A DNA stretch of 64,000 nucleotides from Camelus dromedarius (Eukaryota): assembly GCF_036321535.1 (NCBI RefSeq), contig NC_087438.1, positions 115,320,001 through 115,384,000 of the forward strand, read 5' to 3'. The notes beneath the pieces were generated by a model. It was not told the DNA's origin, searched no databases, and saw nothing but the letters and a program-made list of their open reading frames with translations. How positions within the stretch are numbered: position 1 is the first letter of the stretch; each line of letters begins with the position of its first letter. Of the stretch, positions 43,548-55,119 are shown one piece after another. Both the position numbers and the translations under genes were made by a program.

Positions 43548-46500
43548 ACAGACATCCCAGACTTTGCCTTGGGTGCTGGGCTGCCAGGGTGACCAACTGT
43601 TCATCCTAGAAGAGTCAGAATTGGCCTCAGGAGTGATTGCCAAATCAACCAGTTGTTCATCCAGAGCATTCCAGACTCTACCTCTGACACCAAGCTGGTA
43701 ATGATAATGTCCATCCTGGGTGCCTCAGACTTGTTTTCTGGTGCTGGGCTGCCAGGAAGATAAGCTAGTCATCCTCTTTGTCCCGAAATTGTCTGTGGCT
43801 ACTGAACTGTCCAGTTATTCATCTGAGGTGTCCTGAGTGTCCTGGTCTTGGCTTTGTGTGCCAAACTGCTAGATCAATAAGGTGTCCATTTCGGGCTTCC
43901 CAGATTGGCCTCCAGTGCCAGGCTGGCAGGTCCACCAGCTGTTTGACTCAGGCATCCCAAACTTGGTCTCAGGTGATGTTCTGGCAGGTAACTGGCTGTC
44001 TGTTTGGGCATTCTGGATTAGGCCTCAAGTGTCAAGTTTCTAGGTCAATCAGATGTCAATCCTGGGCATCCCAGGTATCCTAGACCTGGCCTTGTGTGTC
44101 AGACTGCCGAGTAAACCAGCTGTCCATCTTAGGCGCCCCAGACTTGGCATCAGGCCTTAGGCTGCTGGGTTGACCTGCTATTCATCTTGGGTGTCCTGTG
44201 TGTCTTGGACTTGGCCTTGGCACTGAGCTACCAGGTCGACAAGTTGTCACCAGCATCTCAGGCTTCCTGAACTTGGCCTTGGGCACTATACTGCTGGATC
44301 AACCAGCTGTCCATCCCAAGAGTCCTGGACTTGGCCTCTAGTACCAGGCTGCAGTTGGCCAACTGTATGTCTTGGGCCTCCCAGACTTAGTCTAGGGTGC
44401 TGGGGAGCTGGGGTGCTGGGTTACCCAGCTCTTTGTACCAGGTGTTCTAGACTTGGCCTTGGGTGCAAAATTGCTGGGTCTACCAGCTGTTTTCCCCAGG
44501 CCTGCTAGACTTGGACTTGGGTACTTGTATTAGAGCTAGAAGAACTATTCGTCCTGAGCATCCCAGACTTGGCCTTGGTCACCAGATTGCTGGGCTGACC
44601 AGCTGTCTCTCCAGGATATTACAGACTTGGCCTTTTGTGCCAGGCTGGCATGTCAACTAGCTGTCCCAGGCATCCTGGACTTGACCTCTAGAGCCAATGT
44701 GCCACGAGACAGACCTTCCAGAAATCCTGGACTTGGCCTCAGGAATTGGGCTGCCAGGCTGACTTTCTTCCTGATCTGATCACCCTAGATTTGGCCTCTA
44801 GCCAAATCTAGCCAAATCTGGATTGGCTGCCAGGTCAGTCACCTATCTTTCCAAGGTGTCCCAGCCTTGGCCTTGGCCCTGGGCTGCCTGGTCAACCAGC
44901 TGTCTATCCCAGGCTTGGCTTCTGAATTGAGCTGCCACGTTGGCCATTAGTTTGTCCTGGGCTTGCCATATTTGGCATTAGGTGACAAGCATCCTTTAGG
45001 CCAACCAGCTGCCATCCCAGGTGTCCTGAACTTGCCTCAGGTACCAGGCTGCTGAATAAAACAACTGTTCATCCCAGGCAATCTGGACATCTTGGACTTG
45101 GCCCTGGGCATGGGGCTGCCAAGTCAACCAGACGTGTGTTCTGCACATTCAAAACTCTCCTTGGGCACCTGTCTGTTAAGTGGACCGTTTTTCTGTCCCA
45201 GGTGTCATGAATTGGTGTCAGGCATTAGGATGCCAGGTGGATCAACTGTTCGTTCAGGGAATTTAGGACTTGGTCTCAGGCACTGGGCTACTAGGTTTGC
45301 CAGTCGTCTGTTCTGAGGGTCCCTGCTTTGGCATTGGCGCCAGGCTGCTGAGTCAATAAGCTGTTTTCCCCAGGTGTCTCATGGATCCCAAACTTGACCA
45401 GGCTGCCAGGCTGCCATGTTGACCAGCTGTTTGTTCTAGGTGTTTCAGACTTCGTCTTGGGCCCCAGGCTGCTAGTTCAGCTAGCTGTCCATATGGGGAA
45501 TCCAAATCTGGCTTTGGGTATCAAGAGGCTAGCTCAGCCAGCTGTTGGTCTGGGCATCTCAACTCAGCCTCAGGTGCCAGGCTGCTGGGATGACCAGTTG
45601 CCTGTTCTGGGAGTCCCTGGTGTGCCAGATTTTGTCTTGCATGCTGAGCTGCTAGGTAGAAGCGGCCTCCCACACCAGGTTGCTGGCTCAACCATCTGCT
45701 CATCTCAGGCATTGTAAACTTGACCTCGGGTGTTGGGTTGCCAGGGTGAATACGTGTCCATTTGGGCATCCAGGAGTTGGCCTTGGGCACTAGGATACTG
45801 GGCTGTCTAGCTGTCTGTCATGGGCATCTCAAACTTGGCCTCTGGATTCAGGCTGTCACGTCAACCAGTGTTTTATTTCAGGTGTGCCACACTTGGTCTG
45901 GAGCGCTGAACTACCAAATCGACAGCTGTCCATCCTGGGCCTTCTGAACTTTACCTCAGGCGCAGGCCACTGGGCCTACCAGCTGTTTATTCTGTGTAAC
46001 CCTGACTTGGGCACAGTTTACAGGCTGCCAAGTAGACTGGCTATTCATCCTGAGCTTCCTGGGTGTCCCAGACTTGTCCATGGACTTCAGACAATTATGT
46101 CAACCAGCTGTCCACCCAGAGGATCGCAGTCTCGTCCTAGGGTTCCAGGCTGCTGGGTCAAGCGTTGTTTGTATGTTTTCCCAGACTTGACCTTGAGCAC
46201 TATGCTGCTGGGTTGACTAGTTATCCATCCTGGGCATCCCAAGCACCCAGGACTTGGCCTTGGGTTCTAGGTTTCCTGGTGACCAGCAGTCTGATTTGGG
46301 CTCCTGAGCATCCAAGATTTGGCCTCAGGCACTGGGCTGCCAAGTCAGTCAGTTGTTTGTTTGGGGTTTCTTGGGCATTCTGGACTTGGCCTTGGGTGCT
46401 GGAGTCTACTGGGTCAACCAGCTGTTCATCAGAATGTTCTGGTCTTGGCCTCAGCACTGGGCTGCCAGATTGATTAGCTGTCTGTCCCAGGCATCCCAAA

Positions 46501-47845
46501 CATCCTGAATATATCATTGATCACTGGGCTGTCCAGCCATTTGGAGGGGGGCATCCCAGATTTGTTTTGACGGCCAGACTGCTGCACAGACCAGCTGTTC
46601 ATCCCAGGTATCCCATGCATCAAAAGTTGGTCTTTGGCACCAGGCTGCAAGGTTCATAAGATGTCCATCCCAGGAATCACAAACTTGGCCTCGGGTGCTG
46701 GGCTACTGGGTTTATTAGCTAGCTGTCCATCCAGGGCATCCCAGATTGGCCTCAGGCACTGGGCTGCTGAGAGACCAACTGTTCATCCCAGCTGTCCTGG
46801 ACATAGCCCTTGGTGATGGGCTGTCAGGTCAAGCAGTTGTCTGTCTCAGGCATTCCCAGTGTCAGCCTTAGTGCCAAGCTCCTGGATGATCAGGTTTTTA
46901 TCTTGGGCATCCTGGACATTCCACACTTGGCCTCAGGTGACAGGCTGCTGGGTTGACCAGCTGTTTGTCTCAGGGATCTCAGACTTGGCCTCAGGAGCTG
47001 TACTTCCTGGTGACAGCTGTCAATCCTGGGTGTCTTGTGCATCCCAGACTTGGCCTCAGGCCCTTAATGGCTGGGTTAACTAGCTGTTCATCCTGGGCAT
47101 TCTGAATGTCCTGGTGTTGGCCTTGAGTGTCAGGCTGCTGGGTCAACCACCAATCTGTCTTGAGTATCCCTTGCATCTCCAAAGTGTCCTCAAGCACTGG
47201 GCAGCCAGTTTGACTAGCTGTCCATCCTAGGCACCCAGCTTTGCATTGGGCATCAGGCTTCTGACCCAGAAGCAATTGTTGGACCAGCAGTTCTACCTAC
47301 TTGACTCAGATTTACTTCAGCACTGGGCTGCCAGTTTGACCAGTTGTCTGCTCAGGGCATCCCAGACCTGGTCTCTGGCCCCAGATTACTGGATCAAACA
47401 GCTCTCTGTCTGGGGCATTCCAAATGTGGTTTTGAGCACCAGGCTGCTGGGTCAAATAGCTGTCTGTCCCACATGTCCCAGTTTTGGCCTCAGTGCAAGG
47501 CTGTTGGGAAAAGCTGTTCATTCCTGCCATCCCATGTGTCCTGAACTTTCCCTCAGGCACCAGGCTGCCAGGCCAGCCACCTGTCTGTCCTGGGCATCCT
47601 GGGTATCCTGGGCTTGACATTGGGTGCTGTGCTGTCAAGTTGACTAGCTCTTCATATAAGGGGTCCTATGCATCCCAAATTTTGCCTCACATGACAAGCT
47701 GCTGTCAACCAGCTGTCCATCCTGGGTGTCCTGAACTTGGCCTTGAGAGCCTAGCTGCCAGGCCAACCATTTGTCAATCCCAGGCATCCTGAACTTAGCC
47801 CAGGATGCCTACCTGCTGGGTTGACTGGCTGTCTGTCCAAGGTAT
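43548..47845. repeat. Degenerate tandem array, period about 57-62 bp, roughly 70 copies
   Basis: Recurring unit approximating GGCATCCCAGACTTGGCCTCAGGCACTGGGCTGCCAGGTCAACCAGCTGTCTGTCCTG (58 bp), all copies in the same orientation. The copy number is an estimate from span divided by period. Confidence 0.85.
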
Positions 47846-49204
47846 CAGTTACATTCCCTTAGGCTCTGGGCTGCCGTTTCTATTAAAGAAGGGTGTGGGC
47901 AGAGAGGGATGGAGGGAAGAGGAAGAGAGACAGAGACAGAGATAGATTGAGAGACAGAGAAATTGAGACATTAAAAGACAGGGGTGGGGGTACACAGGAG
48001 TGAGTGAACGAGATGGAAACCACAGACTTCTTATAACTGCATCTGGCAAGTGATATCCATCACTTTTGTAGTACTTGCAGTTAGAAGCAAGTTGTTAAGT
48101 CTAGTGCCACTCAGATGGGCCACATCTGTCTGGGGAGAGGGGTGAAGGGGTCAGAGAAGGCTTCCCCAAGGAGGGGTCATGTGACCTGAAAGCCAGGAGT
48201 GGAGGTCTGTGATGGTGCCAGTGCTGCCGGGCAGCGGTGCTCACTGACTGCTCGCTCAGGCCCCACGTCACGGCTGCTCACGGGGCGGTGGCTAGGCCTA
48301 GCATAGCGAGTTTGGCGGCCTGAAAGGCTGGGGCTGCAGGGGTGGGGGCAGAGTCCGTGCGTTGCCTGGAAGGGGGTGTTTGGGTGATTCTCCTCTCAAC
48401 ATCCATGCTTCCTCTTGTCCCTGAAAGCTGGCAGGGTCTGTTGGGACCCAGGGGATCCCAAACCCCTGAATGGAACAGGGGACAGGAGTGAGCTCTGGGA
48501 AAGGGCAGACCCTTCCTGCTGAGCTGGTGGCCTTTGCAGAGGCAAGCTGGGAGTCAGGCCCTGATCCTGAAGGTAGACAGTAGCCCTCCAGGTCCCATCT
48601 TGGCTCTCCTCAAGAGTAACTTGCTAGGCTAGGGAGGGGTGTGTGAGGCAGGGGAAGGAAAGTGGGCATCTGTTTCAGTTTCCTGCTTCAGGAGGAGGGC
48701 TCTCCCTCCTCAATGGAAGGGCTGGACCTCCCAGCATGGACTGTTTGGGGTAAGAGGTTTGTGTGGGTGCTGCTTCGGACCTCTGACAGGGGGTTCCTCT
48801 AACTCTGCTGCCCTCCTGCCTTCCCCCAGTGCCTTATCATCAATCCTGGGCCCCAGTCTGGACTAGTCACCAGAGGGTGTCTGTCAGCTTCCATACTTCT
48901 CTTCCCAAGAGGCTGATGGACTACACACAGTTCAACACGCCTCACTTGGATCTGGAGCACCACGCAGTTGGAGCTCTGGAGCCCAGAGTCCGAGCCAGAG
49001 GGTCAGGAGGGCTGGGAGGGGCTGCTGTCAAGAGGGATGCGGCTGGGCCACAGAGACGAGCAGAGAGCAGTCCCAGCTTACTCCTCTGGTGCACTTCAAT
49101 TTGGAAACCCTTCCTGGGATGTGGACCTTGGGCTTGAACTTCCCTTAACAGCAATTGGGGTCTTTTACGTTTTTGCGGTGGCACTGATAGGTAGCTGTGT
49201 TGTT

Positions 49205-50635
49205 AGACAGCTCCAGGGGCAGCTGTAATGCCCGCTCTAGGGCAGGTCAGCTGCACGGCCAGTGCTCGCACCCACTCCAGCACCAGTGCCCAAGCCGAAG
49301 CCACTTCTGGTTCTGGTTCCAGTGCCACTTCCAGATGTGGGGGCAGTACCTGCTCCAGAGGTCCAGTCAGCTCTAGCCCAGCTCTGTGCTCGCATCACAT
49401 CAGCTCCAGCACCAGCTCCAGAGCTAGAACCAGCTCAAGGGCCATCTGGCTCCAGAGCTACAGCCACATCCCAAGCCAGCACCAGCTCCCAGCACAGAGC
49501 AAGCTCCAGGGCCAACTCCAGAGCTAGCCCAGCTCCAGTACAAATCCTAAAACTAAATGCTAGCTCCACACCACCTCCAGTGTTACAGCTGGCCTCACTG
49601 CCAGGTCCAGAAAAGAGCCAAGGGCAGCTCCGGTAACAATTTCCCTTCAGAGTCACATCTGAGGCCAGCCAGCTCCAGGACCAGCTCTAGAACTCTCTCT
49701 GGAGCTAGCGCCGTCTCTAGCATCTTTGCCAGAGCTGGAGGGAGCACCACCTGCAGGGCTGGATCCAGGGCCAGATCCAGAACTAGAAGCAACTTCAGCA
49801 CCCGCTCTCGTACCAGCCCCCCCTGAGTTAGAGCTAGCTCTGGTACCACCGCCAGGGCTGCTTCCAGAGTCGGGGCCACCACGTCCCCTGAGCTCCAGCC
49901 GGCTCCACCACCAGCTCTGGCACCAGCTCCAGGACAGGGACTGCTGTGTATGATCCACTTCCGTGTCTGCTGCGGCAACTGCTCTAGCATCAGCTGCAGA
50001 TTTAGAACCACCTCCCAAGGTAATTACAGACGTAGGATCCACACTAAGTTCTGAGCCTTACCAGCTCCAGCTCTAGCGCTAAGTCATGAGCCGGAGCGCA
50101 CACCAGCGTCAACTTCTGCCCCAGCTCGGAACCAGAGCCAGCTCCGGCATGAGCTGGAGTTACGGCCAGTGTCGGTTCCAGAACTGCAACCAGCTGGAGC
50201 GCCGACTCCAGCACCAGCACCAGCTCTACAAAGAACTCTGGAGACGGACGCAGCTCTCTCACTGACTCCCACGCCAGCTTCAGCCTTAGCTGGTCCAGCA
50301 CCAGCCCCGGCAGCAGCCCCAGAGCTAGAGCTACTGCGCGCTTTACACCCGGAACCGATTCGGAGAGCAGAGACACAGCCAGCCCAGAGCTAGAGACGCC
50401 TCGCAGCCCTGCGCCAGGTCCGTGACCAGCGACAGCAGCAGCTCCACCATCAGATCCAGCCGCACCTCGAGCTCCAGCTGCTTCAGTGGCAGCCGCAGCT
50501 GGAGCCCCCCCAGCACCTGCTTCTGAGCCAGAGCCGACTTCAGCACCGGTCCTCGCATCGTGTCCAGATCCAGACCCAGCTCCAGTTCCAGGGTCAGAGC
50601 CAGCGCGTCATGAGAGCTAGAGCCAGCTCTGGTAT
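49205..50635. repeat. AGCT-rich, hexamer-derived (CCAGCT/CTAGAG) low-complexity segment; possible decayed repeat-protein ORF on the minus strand
   Basis: About 45 AGCT tetramers by eye in 1.4 kb. Overlapping long ORFs in several frames: PAPAPELE-like (+), GAGAGSGS-like and LELEL-like (-). Confidence 0.7.
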
Positions 50636-53479
50636 CTCTGTTACGTTCTTTTCTAACGTTTATTTTTTAGGTTTACTTTGCTCTTTTTCACAAAGGGTAC
50701 CTTCTAACTAACTCCTAGCAATAGCCAGCCTCAGGAGCCCCCTCTCCGCGGGGAGTGGCCCGGGCTCGCCAGGCACCTCGCTCCCAACCTGCCAGCCCAG
50801 ACCACCCCCCGGATTTGGCTCACTACTGACCCTCCCCTCTGGCCGGGCACGATTCCTGACAGTGGACAGGCTGGCCCCAGACTCCTGTGGACCACTTTGC
50901 TGCCTTAGATGCCTTCTGCTCTCTGGGACCCAGAGGACTAGCTAACCTTAGCTCAGGACCACTGCCAGTGGGCATACTGCCCTGCCTGCTGCCAGGTGCT
51001 GCCCCCTGTACACTTCCTTCATTCCTTCACAGGTGCTGGTCATCACCATCTGGGCCCACAGGCAGCCTAGAGCACCCACTCACTCTCTGGGTCTGACAAC
51101 GGCAGCTCTCTTATGTCATAACAGCACCTGCCCGTGACCCTCCTAGGGGTCCTGGCCCTGTCTCCTACCGCTCCAGCCTTTCTCAGGCTAGATGGGATCT
51201 CAGAGACTCCATGCTCAAGGCCAGCTGAGAGTCAGAGTCTTATCTACCTCCCCACCCTGCACTGCACCCCCCCTGGTAAAGGAGAGGCCCCCCCCCTCAC
51301 ATACCCTGCTCTTCACCAGGTGAGGAGGGGCAGCCGAGTCCCACTGAGGTTACCTGGTGCCACTGTAAGTGCCAGGCATCAAGGACTTTGTGAGACCACA
51401 GGAGGTGGGGCCGGTGGGAAGGGGAGATTTCAGAGGAGGTGAGAGGGTGATTGATTTTTTTGTATAAAAGGTTAAAGTTTACTATTATTGTAAACAGCAA
51501 AACTTGCACTTGAAAATTATATCAAAATCCCACTTTCGCTACAGCCTGGGAGATGTGGTTTTGTGTTCTTTCATTTCTTGTGTTTAATATGAGATAGACA
51601 CGCTCAGTCCTCATTCAGTGTCTTGCAGGGTCATTAGTTTATTGTGTGCAGAAGTGAGAAAGGCCAGCCTTCTCTGAAGGACGTGCCCACGTCCACCTTC
51701 CACAGAAACTTTTATTTCAGTGTCATTAAGCTGAACGAGGAGCTGAGGCAGCGCCTCAGAACCCAGGGGATTCAGAGGTTGAAGGCACTTGCACAGGCAC
51801 AGCAGCAGCCGCTGAAATCTGAGCATCTTTAAAAGTAACCCTTGCCCGGGCCGTTTCCCGCCCCCGGACAATGGCTGCCTTTCTACACTTCAGAGGAAGA
51901 GAAGCTTTCTACTTCTCCTGCTGAGGTGTCCTTTGACCACCAGTTGGGAAAACTGTAGATCAAACTCTGCAATTCCACGAGCCCAAGTGGGGGAAACGTA
52001 TACAAGACAAAAACATACAACGTGGAAAAGAACAAGCCAGAGTAAGATTACTGGCAACCAGGCTGAGGGCAGACAGGGCTTTCCATCATAGTCCCCCTTC
52101 TCCCAAGGTCAGCACTTCACCTGAACTTGAATACTCCTCTGACCTCAGAATTCCTTTCCTTGTTTTGTTTTTTGTTTTTTTTTTTTTTAAATCCAGGGGA
52201 AAGATCTGTGATGCAGAGTTTAGGGCTACAGCTGGGTGTCATTCTGTAAGTGTCCCTGCTGCCTGTGTACAGGGATTTCCCGCACCCCCGCAACGCCTTG
52301 TGCAACCATTTTAACCCAGACATGCCCTAGATGCCACCTGTCCCCCGTCGGGTACACCCTGGTCACCCTCCTCTGGCTGGGTGGGGCCCGGTGAACGTCC
52401 TGTGTTTATGTCACAGGGATGTAAATCCTTCCTGCAGGGAGGGGAAAGATGCAGCCAGATGGACGGGGAGGGGGTGTACCGCCAGGACCAGCGATACGTG
52501 GGCGGCACAGACACAGCTCTCCCCGTCAGACACCGGAGCGTTTCCAACCCAGGTGGGAAACACACACTGCCCTGAGCTCACCCAAGCGCCCTCCGGGGCC
52601 TTCTCCCAGGACTGAAAGCTTAAGGGTTAACACCAGGCACAGCAGGAGGTCCCAGGACCTTACACAGCCTTCAGCCTGCACCCTGTCAGAATACACAGCC
52701 TGTAAGGGCAAGAGATAGACAAATGGTGGGGCAATTCTGAGTTACCCTTTCCTCCTCAATGGCTATAGGTGTCACTCAGACACACAGCAAGGCTCACCTC
52801 TGCCAGGCCCCAAGTGATTGTGCAAGGATATTGTTGAAGGCAAATGGGTGTGCAAGAAGCAGACACAGAAAAGAGCAAAATGGAGCAAATGATTGTTGCG
52901 CCACACAGAGATTGTAATGGAGTTGATTATTGATGGCTTAGTGGAATTTGGATTCTGCAGAATTAATGTGCAGGGAAAGACTAATAAATCAGCACAAACG
53001 GGCAAAGAGTGGTTGTTTTGCAGTGAGTGTGCGAGCATTGACTCTCAAATGGTACACGGTGGGATGCAGGAGAAGCCAGAAGGAGCAGGATAGTGAAGAA
53101 TGGTTGATAACCTGGCCTCAGTGAGTGTTCAAAGTGCCTCTTGCAGTGAGTGTGCAACAAGACATGGCCGAATAGCACACAGTGGGTTGTGAGAATAGAA
53201 AGCCTGGTGGTGAGCATGGGAGAAGCAATTGTTAAATGCTGCAGGAGTGTGCTGGAGCGAAATCAGGGCGCACACGCATTAGACTGGTTTTTGAACTGCA
53301 CATGGAGTGTGTAGACAGTGACTCTGAAAGGCAAATAGGTGTGCAGAGTGTGAAGTGAACTGGAAATGCCAGACGCTGGCTTTTGAACTACACAGCGCGT
53401 GTGCCGGCAGACGTCGCTGAGCGTCAGAGCGGGCCTGTGGGAAGTGGGCACTGGCTGAAGCAGACTGACCACTGACTGT

Positions 53480-53912
53480 GCAGAGGGTAATTGCAATGTT
53501 CCACCTTATGTGCCAGTGTGGCCAGGTCATGGTGCCAGGTTGTTTGGCTAAATTTAGCCAGTCTGGACGTTGCTGTGAAGGCATCTTTTATATGTGACAT
53601 ATTTAATTCAGCACAGTGTGGGTGGGCCTCATCCAGTAAGTTGAAGGTCTTAATAGCAAGGGACCTAGGTTCCCCAAAGTGATTCTGCCTTCAGGCTGCA
53701 ACCCAGAAACCCCGCCTGAGTGTCTAGCCTTCAGCCTCANNNNNNNNNNNNNNNNNNNNNNNNNNNNNNNNNNNNNNNNNNNNNNNNNNNNNNNNNNNNN
53801 NNNNNNNNNNNNNNNNNNNNNNNNNNNNNNNNNNNNNNNNNNNNNNNNNNNNNNNNNNNNNNNNNNNATTCTGTTGGTTCCATTTCTCTGGAGATCCCTG
53901 AAACTGATGACT
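53480..53912 (+). mobile_element. MLT2 (ERVL) solo LTR with an internal N run
   Basis: TGGGTGGGCCTCATCCAGTAAGTTGAAGGTCTTAA...GATTCTGCCTTCAGGCTGCAAC...TTGGTTCCATTTCTCTGGAGATCCCTGA follows the remembered MLT2 consensus. Confidence 0.75.
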
Positions 53913-55019
53913 GAGTAGCAGCACACAGGTGTGCAAGGCTTATGTAGAAACTGCATGGCCCACGCAAGTGTGCAGAGTTTAAAAACTAGAATAGTGTGCA
54001 GTGATTGAGTTTTGTTTGGCTCAGGTGTGAGAAGCTAGGTTTGGAAGTTGGATGGGGCAGGATGAGTGCACAAATCACTTTGTTAAATGGCGAGTAAGGG
54101 GTGTGCAAGGAGTAGACGCTGGATGGTGCTGAACAGGTGTACGAGGTGTGGAAGAGGCCCGGGTTCCAGCCGGCCTCTCGGGTCCCACCTGGCCTGCGGG
54201 ACTGGCACAAGACCCTCTCCCTCACTGCGCACGCAGCTTCAAGGGCGGGCTTGGGGTCTCCAGAGGGGGAAGGCGGTGCTGCGGTGAGCATGAGGACGAT
54301 GAACTCACTGGTGCTCTGTCTTGCTTACCTGCTGCCAACAAGGCCCAAATGGCAGCTGCATGATGTACCTGTGACACCTGGGGGGCCTGCATGCGGGACA
54401 GCGCGTGAGATCTGCCTAGAGCCCTGACCAAGAGACATCTCTGGCTCAGGATCCTGTGGGGGAGGAGGGAGGTACCGGCCAGTGGAGGGAGGGCGGGCTG
54501 TATTTAAATACTGTCTAGTGTTGGACAGAGATACAGGCCTTGGGTCCTGGGGCTGACCTGGGCCCGAGTGTCTCCCCCCACCCTGGGGGCCTTGCTCTAG
54601 TGGGACTTAGGCAAGGATGTGGTGCTAGGGCAGAGGGGGCCCTGCGAGACAAGCCACCTGCCCTGCAGTGCTAAGGATGGGAGGCCTATCAGCTTGGGTG
54701 CTGGCCTTTGCTGAGAGAAGGCCGGGGGGTGGGGAACCAAGAAAACCCAGCCACGTCACCCCCACTTCGAAATCCCCAGCACATTCCCAGCCTCCTCGCT
54801 GTGGGTCCAAGTGAACAGCGCCTCCTCACCCACCCTCTCAATGGATCCAGAGTGCCCAGTCCTGGCTGGGCCTCACAAGGAACCTGGACCCTCTGCACAA
54901 GCATCAAGGTCCAACAGACAGGACGTATTAGACCCCAAAAAGCAGACACTGTGCCTGAGACACTGAGGTGACAAGTTTCAGTGGAGAGGTGACATGTCCT
55001 GGGCCACACAGAACAGAGC

Positions 55020-55025
55020 TTTATT
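55020..55025 (-). terminator. Poly(A) signal AATAAA of JMJD4
   Basis: TTTATT on the plus strand, about 95 nt past the stop codon. Confidence 0.75.
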
Positions 55026-55119
55026 GCTAGAAGGGACTCTGGAGCAGGGTGAATGCCTTCCACACTGGTGCCTCCAGCGTCCCCCCAGGACATGTTGCAG
55101 CCAGTTCTCATGACCCGCA

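Noticed and set aside
43548-47845. Numerous 60-120-aa ORFs within the 58-bp array
   Set aside because: Unit length varies and is usually not a multiple of 3, and stops occur in all frames; these are artefacts of the repeat.
43300-54900. Interstitial telomere repeats or a PGBD2 transposase remnant expected from human synteny
   Set aside because: No (TTAGGG)n arrays and no piggyBac-like ORF were seen by eye.
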